From the NCBI RefSeq assembly GCF_003334785.1, contig NZ_QOWV01000001.1: DNA of 64,000 nucleotides; one strand, written 5' to 3'. A program made the translations under genes and the position numbers. Below, one piece after another: positions 1 through 10,539 of this stretch (its first letter is position 1; every line of letters starts with the position of its first letter). Source of the DNA: Escherichia coli (GTDB lineage: Bacteria; Pseudomonadota; Gammaproteobacteria; Enterobacterales; Enterobacteriaceae). The notes under the pieces are model-generated. The model saw nothing but the letters and a program-made list of their open reading frames with translations. It did not search any database and had not been told where the DNA came from.

Positions 1-511
1 TCGGACGGCTCACCAGGTCGCCGCGCATAGACGGAATAATGCAGAAGGTGCAGCGGTGATTACAGCCTTCAGAAATTTTCAGATAGGCATAATGACGCGG
101 CGTCAGTTTCACACCTTGTTCTGGCACCAGGCTCAGGAATGGGTTGTGTTTCGGTTTTGGCACGTAGTGATGAACGTGCTCCAGAACCTGCTCATAGCTA
201 TGAGGCCCGGTGATTTCCAGCACTTTCGGGTGGACTTCGCGGATCTGATCTTCTTTTGCCCCCAGACAACCGGTCACAATAACCTTGCCGTTTTCATTCA
301 ACGCTTCACCAATGGCTTCCAGTGATTCTTGTACCGCGCTGTCAATAAAGCCGCAGGTGTTGACGATCACCATGTCCGCATCGTCATAGCTCGGTACCAC
401 GTCATAACCTTCAGTGCGGAGTTCGGTGAGAATACGCTCTGAATCAACAAGGTTTTTCGGACAGCCAAGGGAAACAAAGCCGATTTTCGGCTGGGGAGTT
501 ACTTTGCTCAT
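1..511 (-). CDS. rimO: Ribosomal protein S12 methylthiotransferase RimO, N-terminal part (3' end outside window)
   Basis: Reverse translation from ATG (511-509) reads [28 protein letters not shown]... and reaches the radical-SAM motif CNHRCTFC near the window edge. It is absent from the ORF track because no stop codon lies in the window. Confidence 0.9.
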
Positions 512-723
512 AGCTTAAAAAATATTCAGTTACAGGAAAGGTCAGGGCAGGGATTCTACAGAGTTCTGGATAAAATTTGTATCGCAATCTCATTCGCTGG
601 CGGAGGCGAAGGAAATGTAAATTTTGTTAATTCGGCGTGAAGAATTGATCCTGGACAGCATTTTGCTCAAAAAATAGCCATACTATTTAATTGCAACAAG
701 GCTGGGAAGAGGAGGATCGAAGT

Positions 724-1107
724 ATGTTCGTTGACAGACAGCGAATCGATCTGCTGAACCGGTTGATCGACGCACGCGTTGACCTCGCCGCATACGTGCA
801 ACTGAGGAAGGCAAAAGGATACATGTCCGTCAGCGAAAGCAATCATCTACGAGATAACTTTTTTAAACTGAATCGCGAACTGCACGATAAATCGCTGCGG
901 TTGAATCTTCATCTGGATCAGGAAGAGTGGAGTGCTCTTCATCATGCTGAAGAAGCATTAGCGACAGCCGCAGTATGTTTGATGAGTGGGCACCATGATT
1001 GCCCGACTGTTATTACCGTCAACGCCGATAAGCTTGAAAATTGTCTGATGAGCTTAACGCTGAGTATCCAGAGCCTGCAGAAGCACGCCATGCTTGAGAA
1101 GGCCTGA
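724..1107 (+). CDS. bssR: Biofilm regulator BssR (YliH)
   Basis: 127-aa ORF from ATG 724 (the track ORF begins at an upstream TTG). MFVDRQRIDLLNRLIDARVDL... is recognised as BssR, and a hairpin terminator follows. Confidence 0.9.
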   Translation: MFVDRQRIDLLNRLIDARVDLAAYVQLRKAKGYMSVSESNHLRDNFFKLNRELHDKSLRLNLHLDQEEWSALHHAEEALATAAVCLMSGHHDCPTVITVNADKLENCLMSLTLSIQSLQKHAMLEKA

Positions 1108-1112
1108 AAACT

Positions 1113-1137
1113 AAGGGGGAGAAAGCGTCTCCCCCTT
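1113..1137 (+). terminator. Hairpin terminator after bssR
   Basis: AAGGGGGAGA (1113-1122) pairs with TCTCCCCCTT (1128-1137) around a 5-nt loop, 6 nt after the bssR stop. The trailing T-run is weak. Confidence 0.55.
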
Positions 1138-1217
1138 CATGTTTAAGTTTTTGTAAAAATGAATTTGTTATCTCCTCCACTGACTACGCTTTAAGCCAGA
1201 GTCAATCCGGAGGCGTT

Positions 1218-2333
1218 ATGCATCGACAATCCTTTTTCCTTGTGCCCCTTATTTGTCTTTCTTCCGCTCTCTGGGCGGCTCCTGCAACGGTAAATGTCGA
1301 AGTACTGCAAGACAAACTCGACCATCCCTGGGCACTGGCCTTTTTACCCGATAATCACGGTATGTTAATCACTCTGCGCGGCGGCGAGTTGCGTCACTGG
1401 CAAGCAGGAAAAGGATTATCTGCGCCGCTTTCCGGAGTTCCGGACGTTTGGGCGCACGGGCAGGGCGGCCTGCTGGACGTGGTTTTAGCGCCTGATTTTG
1501 CTCAGTCTCGCCGCATCTGGTTAAGTTATTCCGAAGTTGGCGATGATGGCAAAGCCGGAACTGCTGTGGGTTATGGCCGCTTAAGTGATGATCTCTCAAA
1601 AGTGACCGACTTCCGCACCGTCTTTCGCCAGATGCCAAAACTGTCTACCGGCAACCATTTTGGCGGGCGGCTGGTATTCGACGGTAAAGGTTATCTTTTT
1701 ATTGCTCTGGGCGAAAACAATCAGCGCCCGACGGCGCAGGATCTGGATAAATTACAGGGCAAACTGGTGCGTCTGACCGACCAGGGCGAAATCCCGGATG
1801 ATAATCCTTTTATAAAGGAATCCGGTGCGCGCGCCGAGATCTGGTCTTATGGCATTCGTAATCCGCAAGGAATGGCGATGAATCCGTGGAGTAATGCACT
1901 GTGGCTGAATGAACATGGCCCGCGCGGTGGTGATGAAATTAATATCCCGCAAAAAGGCAAAAACTACGGCTGGCCGCTGGCAACCTGGGGAATCAACTAT
2001 TCAGGCTTTAAGATACCGGAAGCGAAAGGGGAGATCGTCGCCGGGACCGAGCAACCTGTTTTTTACTGGAAAGATTCGCCCGCTGTGAGCGGCATGGCCT
2101 TCTATAACAGCGATAAATTCCCCCAGTGGCAGCAAAAATTATTTATTGGCGCGCTGAAAGATAAAGATGTCATTGTGATGAGCGTCAACGGCGACAAAGT
2201 GACAGAAGATGGCCGTATTTTAACGGACAGAGGGCAGCGAATTCGTGATGTTCGCACTGGACCCGACGGTTATTTATACGTTCTCACCGACGAGTCCAGT
2301 GGGGAATTACTTAAAGTTAGCCCACGCAATTAG
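1218..2333 (+). CDS. yliI: Soluble aldose sugar dehydrogenase YliI (PQQ-dependent beta-propeller)
   Basis: 371 aa with signal peptide [20 protein letters not shown]. The sequence is recognised as E. coli YliI. Confidence 0.93.
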
Positions 2334-2956
2334 CTAACGGGAATCATCACCACTTTGCGCACTGCGGGGCGTTCAGTGAGTTGCTGATACCAGCGTTGCA
2401 GATTTGGACGCGGTGTCCAGGTCAGGCCAACGTTAAACAAATTGTAGATGAACGGTGCGATAGCGATATCGCCCACACCAAACTCGTCGCCAGAGAACCA
2501 TTTTACTTTTGCCAGTTCCGCATCGAGCAGGGCAAACAGGGCGTCGCACTCTTTGCAACTGGCATCAATGGCGGCCTGATCGCGCTCTTCCGGTGGTGTT
2601 CTGACTAATCCCATCAGGATCCCGCGATGAGCATTACTGAGCGTCTGGTTTGCCCAGTCCATCCATTTTTCCGCTTCCGCACGACGTGCCGGTGAGTCGA
2701 TCCACAGGCGTTTTTGCCCGTACTGTGCCGCCAGATAGCGGACAATGGCGTTTGATTCCCAAAGAATGAGATCACTTTCGTCGTCACGCAACAACGGCAC
2801 CAGCCCGTTAGGGTTCATCGCCAGAAAATCAGCATCGTGATTTATCCCAAACTCACGGCCCGCGAGAATTTGCTCATAAGGTAGTTCCAGTTCTTCGAGC
2901 GTCAGCAATACTTTTTTTACGTTAGTTGAATTATTCCGACCCCACAGCGTAATCAT
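2330..2956 (-). CDS. gstB: Glutathione S-transferase GstB (YliJ)
   Basis: 208 aa from the second ATG ([23 protein letters not shown]...). It has a GST fold and a convergent 4-nt overlap with the yliI stop. Confidence 0.92.
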
Positions 2957-3202
2957 ACTCACCCCTTTTCCGACAGGCAGCCACAGGCTGAACAGGACTC
3001 CGATGGTGAAGTAAAGTTAACTTTTAAGCAACAGCTGGCAAAAAAATGACACCAGAAGCAGCGAAGCGGCAGGATATTGCATAAACTTTAAAAACTTTAC
3101 CAACTTACGGTTTCTTTAAGTTTGTGTGTGCGTTATTAATCACCAAACTTATCATACGGCGATATAACGTATTTTTTTTGAATGGATACTCGGGTGGCAT
3201 TT

Positions 3203-4405
3203 ATGACGCAATACTCCTCTCTCCTTCGTGGTCTTGCAGCGGGTTCTGCATTTTTATTCCTTTTTGCCCCAACGGCATTCGCGGCGGAACAAACCGTTGA
3301 AGCGCCGAGCGTGGATGCGCGTGCATGGATTTTAATGGATTACGCCAGCGGTAAAGTGCTGGCAGAAGGCAATGCGGATGAGAAACTGGATCCCGCGAGC
3401 CTGACTAAAATCATGACCAGCTATGTGGTTGGGCAGGCGCTTAAGGCCGATAAGATTAAACTCACCGATATGGTGACGGTCGGTAAAGATGCCTGGGCGA
3501 CGGGAAATCCGGCACTGCGTGGTTCATCGGTAATGTTCCTCAAACCGGGCGATCAGGTTTCGGTGGCAGACTTGAACAAAGGTGTGATTATCCAGTCCGG
3601 TAATGACGCCTGTATTGCGCTGGCTGATTACGTTGCCGGGAGCCAGGAGTCATTTATTGGTCTGATGAATGGTTATGCCAAAAAACTGGGTCTGACCAAC
3701 ACTACCTTCCAGACGGTGCACGGCCTGGATGCGCCGGGGCAGTTCAGCACCGCGCGCGATATGGCATTGCTGGGTAAAGCATTGATCCACGATGTGCCGG
3801 AAGAGTACGCCATTCATAAAGAGAAAGAGTTCACCTTCAACAAAATTCGTCAGCCTAACCGTAACCGTCTGCTGTGGAGCAGCAATCTGAATGTTGATGG
3901 CATGAAGACAGGAACCACGGCAGGCGCGGGATATAATCTGGTTGCTTCGGCTACCCAGGGCGATATGCGTTTAATCTCCGTAGTGTTGGGGGCGAAAACC
4001 GACCGTATCCGTTTTAATGAGTCTGAGAAATTATTGACCTGGGGTTTCCGCTTCTTTGAAACCGTGACGCCAATTAAACCTGATGCCACCTTTGTGACTC
4101 AGCGCGTCTGGTTTGGTGATAAGAGCGAAGTGAATCTCGGGGCAGGTGAAGCGGGCTCAGTGACCATACCGCGTGGGCAGCTGAAAAACCTGAAAGCGAG
4201 TTATACGTTAACGGAACCGCAGCTTACCGCACCGCTGAAAAAAGGTCAGGTTGTCGGGACCATTGATTTCCAGCTTAACGGTAAATCCATTGAGCAGCGT
4301 CCGCTGATCGTGATGGAAAATGTGGAAGAGGGCGGATTCTTTGGTCGGGTGTGGGATTTCGTGATGATGAAATTCCATCAGTGGTTCGGCAGCTGGTTCT
4401 CTTAA
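3203..4405 (+). CDS. dacC: D-alanyl-D-alanine carboxypeptidase PBP6 (DacC)
   Basis: 400 aa from ATG 3203 ([15 protein letters not shown]...). Signal peptide and the penicillin-binding motifs SLTK, SGN and KTG are present. Confidence 0.95.
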   Translation: MTQYSSLLRGLAAGSAFLFLFAPTAFAAEQTVEAPSVDARAWILMDYASGKVLAEGNADEKLDPASLTKIMTSYVVGQALKADKIKLTDMVTVGKDAWATGNPALRGSSVMFLKPGDQVSVADLNKGVIIQSGNDACIALADYVAGSQESFIGLMNGYAKKLGLTNTTFQTVHGLDAPGQFSTARDMALLGKALIHDVPEEYAIHKEKEFTFNKIRQPNRNRLLWSSNLNVDGMKTGTTAGAGYNLVASATQGDMRLISVVLGAKTDRIRFNESEKLLTWGFRFFETVTPIKPDATFVTQRVWFGDKSEVNLGAGEAGSVTIPRGQLKNLKASYTLTEPQLTAPLKKGQVVGTIDFQLNGKSIEQRPLIVMENVEEGGFFGRVWDFVMMKFHQWFGSWFS

Positions 4406-4412
4406 TCTTCTG

Positions 4413-4445
4413 ATAACCGGATGGCGCGAAACGTCATCCGGTTAT
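4413..4445. terminator. Hairpin between convergent dacC and deoR
   Basis: ATAACCGGATG (4413-4423) pairs with CATCCGGTTAT (4435-4445). There is no strong U-run on either side, so its function as a terminator is inferred from position only. Confidence 0.4.
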
Positions 4446-4451
4446 ACGTCA

Positions 4452-5210
4452 TTAATACATCAACTTAATGCGCTGCGTCTGCGCGTACTTCACATACTCA
4501 TCTTCCGGGCAACAATCGCTCACCACAATATCAAAGCGTTTCAGGTCACCCATGCGCGCCGGACGCACCTTGCCAAATTTACTGTGGTCGACAACCAGCA
4601 CATGCTTTTGCGCCATCGACATGGCCCAGTGTTTTACCGGCAACTCTTCAAGATTAAAACAGGTAGCGCCTTTACTGACATGCACGCCCGCCGCAGAATA
4701 AAAAGCGATATCCGGGCAAAAATTATTCAGCGTTTGCTGAAAATCGATGGGTTTGAAAATGGCGTTGCTGGCGTGAAATTCACCACCGCAAAGAAACGCG
4801 CGGCAATGGGGTTTCTCTTTCAGCGCCAGAAAGGTATTTAGCGAATAACAAACGGCGGTAAAAGGGATTTCATTATCAATCGCTTCAATAATCCACGGCG
4901 TGGTGGTGCCACAGTCAAAAAAGAGGGTCTGATCGGGTTCTACCAGCGTCGCAGCCAGTTTTGCCGCCCGGCGTTTTTCTTCCACCAGGCGGGATTTTTG
5001 ATCGCTTAACAGGTAATGGCTGGCACTGCGCGGTTCCAGAACAATATAGCCGCCGAGCAAAACGACGGGCGCACTGTGGTTGTTCAGATCGCGACGAATC
5101 GTCATCTCCGAAACCCCAAGCAGGGCGGCGGCGTCTTTAAGATGTAACTTATCGCTGCGTTTTAATTCTTGCAGCAGCTGCCCGATACGCTCTTCGCGAC
5201 GTGTTTCCAT
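4452..5210 (-). CDS. deoR: Deoxyribose operon repressor DeoR
   Basis: 252 aa with an N-terminal HTH (LHLKDAAALLGVSEMTIRRDL) and a DeoR-family C-terminal sugar-phosphate domain. Confidence 0.95.
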   Translation of the reverse strand: METRREERIGQLLQELKRSDKLHLKDAAALLGVSEMTIRRDLNNHSAPVVLLGGYIVLEPRSASHYLLSDQKSRLVEEKRRAAKLAATLVEPDQTLFFDCGTTTPWIIEAIDNEIPFTAVCYSLNTFLALKEKPHCRAFLCGGEFHASNAIFKPIDFQQTLNNFCPDIAFYSAAGVHVSKGATCFNLEELPVKHWAMSMAQKHVLVVDHSKFGKVRPARMGDLKRFDIVVSDCCPEDEYVKYAQTQRIKLMY

Positions 5211-5267
5211 AATCCCTCTGAATAGTTATTGAAGCGAGCCGCTCAATACTACACTTTTTAGCAGAGA

Positions 5268-5864
5268 TCAGTCACGCACCCAGCCTTTGCGGATCGGTAA
5301 TGCAAAACAGACGCGATACCACGATTGCAGACGTTGATAGAGTTTATGCCCCATCGCTTGCCAGATAATCTGGGCACTAAGGCAGCCAATCATACCTGCC
5401 AGCAATCCACCGAGCATATCCAGCGGCCAGTGGACGCCAAGATAAACGCGCGACCAGGCAATGACGACGGCCAGCACCATTAAAAGTGAGCCGGACCACA
5501 GGCGATGCCAGCATAAAAATGCCAGTGCAAAGGTGAAAATCACCGTACCGTGATCGCTTGGGAATGAGTCATCCGCCGCATGATGCAGGAAGTTATAGCC
5601 GATATTTTCGACAAAGGGTCGGTCGTGCGGAAAAAGATGTCCCATCGTCCAGGACACAAACAGGCTGACCGCCAGCGCGATAGCGATTTTTATCACCAGT
5701 TGCCGTTGTGCTGTAAGCCCCCACAACCAAAGTACCACGGCCAGCAACGGCACCACGGTAATCAAATCTTTAGCAATAAAAATCGCCAACGAGATCATCC
5801 ACGGAGCCGAGTCTGGCGTCGCGTTAATAAGAGAGAATAGAGAGAGATTCAAATTTTCCAGCAT
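5268..5864 (-). CDS. ybjG: Undecaprenyl-pyrophosphate phosphatase YbjG (PAP2 family)
   Basis: 198 aa from ATG 5864 (MLENLNLSLFSLINATPD...). PAP2 motifs PSDH and SRVYLGVHWPLD are present. Confidence 0.92.
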   Translation of the reverse strand: MLENLNLSLFSLINATPDSAPWMISLAIFIAKDLITVVPLLAVVLWLWGLTAQRQLVIKIAIALAVSLFVSWTMGHLFPHDRPFVENIGYNFLHHAADDSFPSDHGTVIFTFALAFLCWHRLWSGSLLMVLAVVIAWSRVYLGVHWPLDMLGGLLAGMIGCLSAQIIWQAMGHKLYQRLQSWYRVCFALPIRKGWVRD

Positions 5865-6148
5865 AACTTCCCGACGCAAAGTGATTAAAAGGGAGCCAAT
5901 ACAGGCAAGTCGTTGAGAATAAAGTGCAGGTTAAACTGGGTAAAGCGGCATCGTCTTATTTCCCTCAAGCGGCCTGTTTACGGTGGGTGATTGTAACGGG
6001 CATAGGTTAAATAAAACTTAAAGAAAGCGTAGCTATACTCGTAATAATGTAAGAATGTGCTTAACCGTGGTTTCAGCTACAAAATTCGCTTTCTCGTTAG
6101 CTGCGCTTTTATTAAACTCTGCGCGATTATTATTGGCGAAGAAATTGC

Positions 6149-7381
6149 ATGCAAAATAAATTAGCTTCCGGTGCCAGGCTTGGACGTCAGGCGTTACTTT
6201 TCCCTCTCTGTCTGGTGCTTTACGAATTTTCAACCTATATCGGCAACGATATGATTCAACCCGGTATGTTGGCCGTGGTGGAACAATATCAGGCGGGCAT
6301 TGATTGGGTTCCTACTTCGATGACCGCGTATCTGGCGGGCGGGATGTTTTTACAATGGCTGCTGGGGCCGCTGTCGGATCGTATTGGTCGCCGTCCGGTG
6401 ATGCTGGCGGGAGTGGTGTGGTTTATCGTCACCTGTCTGGCAATATTGCTGGCGCAAAACATTGAACAATTCACCCTGTTGCGCTTCTTGCAGGGCATAA
6501 GCCTCTGTTTCATTGGCGCTGTGGGATACGCCGCAATTCAGGAATCCTTCGAAGAGGCGGTTTGTATCAAGATCACCGCGCTGATGGCGAACGTGGCGCT
6601 GATTGCTCCGCTACTTGGTCCGCTGGTGGGCGCGGCGTGGATCCATGTGCTGCCCTGGGAGGGGATGTTTGTTTTGTTTGCCGCATTGGCAGCGATCTCC
6701 TTTTTCGGTCTGCAACGAGCCATGCCTGAAACCGCCACGCGTATAGGCGAGAAACTGTCACTGAAAGAACTCGGTCGTGACTATAAGCTGGTGCTGAAGA
6801 ACGGCCGCTTTGTGGCGGGGGCGCTGGCGCTGGGATTCGTTAGTCTGCCGTTGCTGGCGTGGATCGCCCAGTCGCCGATTATCATCATTACCGGCGAGCA
6901 GTTGAGCAGCTATGAATATGGCTTGCTGCAAGTGCCTATTTTCGGGGCGTTAATTGCGGGTAACTTGCTGTTAGCGCGTCTGACCTCGCGCCGCACCGTA
7001 CGTTCGCTGATTATTATGGGCGGCTGGCCGATTATGATTGGTCTATTGGTCGCTGCTGCGGCAACGGTTATCTCATCGCACGCGTATTTATGGATGACTG
7101 CCGGGTTAAGTATTTATGCTTTCGGTATTGGTCTGGCGAATGCGGGACTGGTGCGATTAACCCTGTTTGCCAGCGATATGAGTAAAGGTACGGTTTCTGC
7201 CGCGATGGGAATGCTGCAAATGCTGATCTTTACCGTTGGTATTGAAATCAGCAAACATGCCTGGCTGAACGGGGGCAACGGACTGTTTAATCTCTTCAAC
7301 CTTGTCAACGGAATTTTGTGGCTGTCGCTGATGGTTATCTTTTTAAAAGATAAACAGATGGGAAATTCTCACGAAGGGTAA
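6149..7381 (+). CDS. mdfA: MFS multidrug efflux transporter MdfA (Cmr)
   Basis: 410 aa, polytopic and hydrophobic. [27 protein letters not shown]... is recognised as MdfA. Confidence 0.95.
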
Positions 7382-7415
7382 AAAAATGCCTGACTGCTTT
7401 GTGCGATCAGGCATT
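7381..7415 (-). terminator. Rho-independent terminator after ybjH (also closes mdfA)
   Basis: AATGCCTGA (7385-7393) pairs with TCAGGCATT (7407-7415). On the minus strand the hairpin is followed by a T-run (A-run 7381-7386). Confidence 0.6.
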
Positions 7416-7421
7416 CTCGAA

Positions 7422-7706
7422 TTAATGGTGATGGTCGTCAATCTGGTGTTCGATAACCATCCCTTCACCTACGCTGGCAAGATGGCGAACATAAGGATGC
7501 GGGCGGTATGCCGGAGCTGGCGCAGGAGCCACATAGACGGTTTGCGGCACAGTCGCGACGCTGACCGCTTGTGGAACGCTGACTGAATCAGGAACCACAA
7601 CCACTTTGTATCCACTCGGCACATCGACGGTGACACTTTGCGCCATCGCCACACCAGTAAAGCCCATTAAAAGCGCGCCCAACAGTAGACAATTTTTCAT
7701 AATCAT
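7422..7706 (-). CDS. ybjH: Uncharacterised secreted protein YbjH
   Basis: 94 aa with signal peptide MIMKNCLLLGALLMGFTGVAMA. Position and length match K-12 ybjH. Confidence 0.85.
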   Translation of the reverse strand: MIMKNCLLLGALLMGFTGVAMAQSVTVDVPSGYKVVVVPDSVSVPQAVSVATVPQTVYVAPAPAPAYRPHPYVRHLASVGEGMVIEHQIDDHHH

Positions 7707-7791
7707 TTCGCCTGAAATAATGCAGCGGGTTAATTTCCGCGAATTATGCAGCCTTCATTCAGGCATTGTGTTGCCGGGCGTGCTGCCGGTT

Positions 7792-8607
7792 TTATTGGTC
7801 AAATGGCGCTTCGTGTTTAAGAACTTTATCGATCACATCCAGTACGCCTTCACGGTTATTGGAGCCTGCGCGGTATTTTGCCGCTGCGACGACCGCGCTA
7901 CCGGCATTTTCCATTGCAAAACTAAAGCCTGCCTGACGCAGCATCTCAATATCGTTACCGCCATCGCCAAAGACCACCACTTCGCTGTCGTCTATTCCCC
8001 ATAATTTCTGCAGTTGGCGAAGGCCATTGGCTTTATGTACGCCGGGGATAATCAGATCGATGCTGCCGTTGCCGGTGTGGACCGACACCATAATATCGCC
8101 GATGGCCTCATGTAATGCTTTTTGTACTTGTGGAATCAGTTCATCGGAAAGATTCAGGCCAAACTTAAAGAAGATATCCTCTAAGTTGTCAAAGTTATCG
8201 ACGTATTCCAGACGGTGATAATACATTTCCGCCACCGTTTTCATGGCATCGTCATATTTTTTGAGTGTATAGGCACTATTTTTTCCGCAGGCAATAATTT
8301 CCACTTCCGGGCGCGTCAGCAAATGTTCCACGACAGTAGCAAACGCATCCTTCGATAGCTCGCCATTAAAAACATCTTTGCCTTCGCTCACTACCCAGCC
8401 GCCGTTTTCAGCCACAAAGGCAATTTCATTAGCAATTTCAGGGAAGAAAGAGATCAACTGATAATATTGATTCCCGCTGGCGACTACAAAGCGAATTCCT
8501 TGTGCTTTCATTTGCTGATACTGAGCCATAAACCGCTCACGGTTATAGGTTTTTTGATCGCTTAAGAAAGTACCATCCATGTCTACCGCAATTAATTTAA
8601 TGCTCAT
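7792..8607 (-). CDS. ybjI: HAD-superfamily (Cof-type) phosphatase YbjI
   Basis: 271 aa from the second ATG ([15 protein letters not shown]...), with the HAD motif DxDGT and a C-terminal GDGGND. Confidence 0.92.
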   Translation of the reverse strand: MSIKLIAVDMDGTFLSDQKTYNRERFMAQYQQMKAQGIRFVVASGNQYYQLISFFPEIANEIAFVAENGGWVVSEGKDVFNGELSKDAFATVVEHLLTRPEVEIIACGKNSAYTLKKYDDAMKTVAEMYYHRLEYVDNFDNLEDIFFKFGLNLSDELIPQVQKALHEAIGDIMVSVHTGNGSIDLIIPGVHKANGLRQLQKLWGIDDSEVVVFGDGGNDIEMLRQAGFSFAMENAGSAVVAAAKYRAGSNNREGVLDVIDKVLKHEAPFDQ

Positions 8608-9815
8608 CAACTATTCTCCATCGCCGTCTGCGTTTTGGTATCGGGTTTGGCGACGGCTTTCGCGACAATAGCCGCGAGAATAACCAGCGCCAGTACAACC
8701 AGCATTGCACTACGTAATCCATAATGTTCGCCGAGATAGCCCAGCAGCGGCGGCCCGACGAGGAAAGCCAGATAACCGGTCGTTGCTACCACACTGACGC
8801 GGGTTGGTGCATCGGGGCCGGTATCGCTGGCGGCAGAAATGGTCAGCGGGAAGCCCAGCGAGGCACCCAGTCCCCAGAGTACAACAGACACCCCAGCGAC
8901 CCAGGCGCTATCGACAAAAATAATCAGCCCAATACCCAACGCCCCCATTAGTGCACTGGCCCGAACCACGGCAACGCGACTGTAACGGTCGATGAACCAA
9001 CCGCCGGTGAAGCGTCCAACGGTCATCCCCAGGGTAAAACCGGCATAAATCAGCGAGCCGGAAGTAGGGCTAAAACCGTGACCGTCAACCATTAATAAGG
9101 GTAACCAGTCGTTGGCAGAACCTTCGGCAAAGGCCATCGCCAGCACCACAACACCTATCAGCAGCAACTGGATATCGCGATAAAAAGGTACGCCTTTTTC
9201 GCCATGCTGGGTGCCATCGGCAGCATTTTTGCCCGTACCGTCAGGGATTGCCTGAATGGCGATATAAATAGGTGCGATACCTACCAGCGCCGCCAATAAA
9301 ATGTGCACCGTTGCCGGAACGCCAAAGGCCGTCAGTGCCATCCCGACACCTGCGCCTGCCAGCGTGCCCAGGCTATAAAAACCGTGCATCATCGGCAAAA
9401 CCGTCTTATTCATTTCTCGCTCAACGGCAGCACCTTCAACGTTTATCGCCACTTCCGCAGAACCAAAACTTGCCCCAAAGACGCCGAGACCAACGGCAAA
9501 GAGCAGGGGCGATGTCAGCCAGAGTGCCAGACTTAATATCATCATCCCGATCAATGCGCAGGACATCGTGACCAGGATGACATTACGTGTCCCAAAGCGT
9601 TTCACTAACCACGCCGAGCAGAGAATACCGCTCATCGAACCGATCGACAGACCAAAGAGAACACCGCCCATTTCAGCGATCGAGACAGAGAGAATATCGC
9701 GGATAGCAGGCGTACGGGTTGCCCAGGACGCCATTAACAGGCCTGGCAAAAAGAAGAACATAAACAGCGCCCAGGTTCGGCGTTTCAATGCATTACGTGA
9801 AGAATTTACGGTCAT
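8607..9815 (-). CDS. ybjJ: MFS-type inner-membrane transporter YbjJ
   Basis: 402 aa, 12-TM-like hydrophobic profile. Its stop overlaps the ybjI start. Confidence 0.9.
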
Positions 9816-9898
9816 AGATCACGTCAAAATAAGAAGAGGGAAGACAACATTAGCAAGGTTGTGTACATTTGTACACAATTGCAGAGAGAGGAAATGAC

Positions 9899-10435
9899 AT
9901 GCGTCGCGCTAACGATCCGCAACGGCGAGAAAAAATTATCCAGGCCACGCTGGAGGCGGTGAAACTTTACGGAATACATGCTGTTACGCACCGCAAAATT
10001 GCTACCCTTGCCGGGGTACCGTTGGGATCGATGACCTACTATTTTTCAGGAATTGATGAGTTGTTACTGGAGGCGTTCAGCAGTTTTACTGAGATCATGT
10101 CCCGGCAATATCAGGCATTTTTTAGCGATGTTAGTGATGCTCCGGGCGCATGCCAGGCTATCACCGATATGATCTACAGCTCACAGGTTGCAACGCCGGA
10201 TAACATGGAGCTGATGTACCAGCTCTACGCGCTGGCTAGCCGAAAACCGCTATTAAAAACGGTAATGCAAAACTGGATGCAGCGCAGTCAGCAAACGCTC
10301 GAACAATGGTTTGAACCCGGAACCGCCCGCGCGCTTGATGCGTTTATTGAGGGGATGACGCTGCATTTTGTCACCGACCGTAAGCCGCTATCGCGCGAGG
10401 AGATTTTGAGGATGGTTGAGAGGGTTGCAGGGTAG
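9899..10435 (+). CDS. rcdA: TetR-family regulator RcdA (YbjK)
   Basis: 178 aa from ATG 9899 ([35 protein letters not shown]...), with an N-terminal TetR HTH. Confidence 0.92.
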
Positions 10436-10451
10436 TAGATAAGTTTTAGAT

Positions 10452-10465
10452 AACAAAAAACCCAT
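10452..10465. repeat. attL core (direct repeat copy 1)
   Basis: AACAAAAAACCCAT is identical to 22039-22052. Confidence 0.8.
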
Positions 10466-10480
10466 TTATGTAAACGGGTT
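10452..10480 (-). terminator. Rho-independent terminator downstream of int, built from phage DNA plus the att core
   Basis: The minus strand reads AACCCGTTTA-CA-TAAATGGGTT followed by TTTTTTG. The stem (10459-10480) has one mismatch and the T-run lies within the att core. Confidence 0.6.
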
Positions 10481-10484
10481 AATG

Positions 10485-10521
10485 AAAACAATAAGTTAGG
10501 TTAAAAACAATAAGTTAGGTT
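10485..10521. repeat. Tandem direct repeat next to attL (candidate integrase arm-type sites)
   Basis: AAAACAATAAGTTAGGTT occurs at 10485-10502 and again at 10504-10521 (19-bp period). TGGTGGT-cag-TGGTGGT follows at 10521-10537. The repeat lies between the att core and the int stop. Confidence 0.5.
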
Positions 10522-10539
10522 GGTGGTCAGTGGTGGTTA

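Noticed and set aside
56-325. 89-aa plus-strand track ORF at the left edge
   Set aside because: It lies antisense inside the clearly recognisable rimO coding sequence and has no RBS or recognisable motif.
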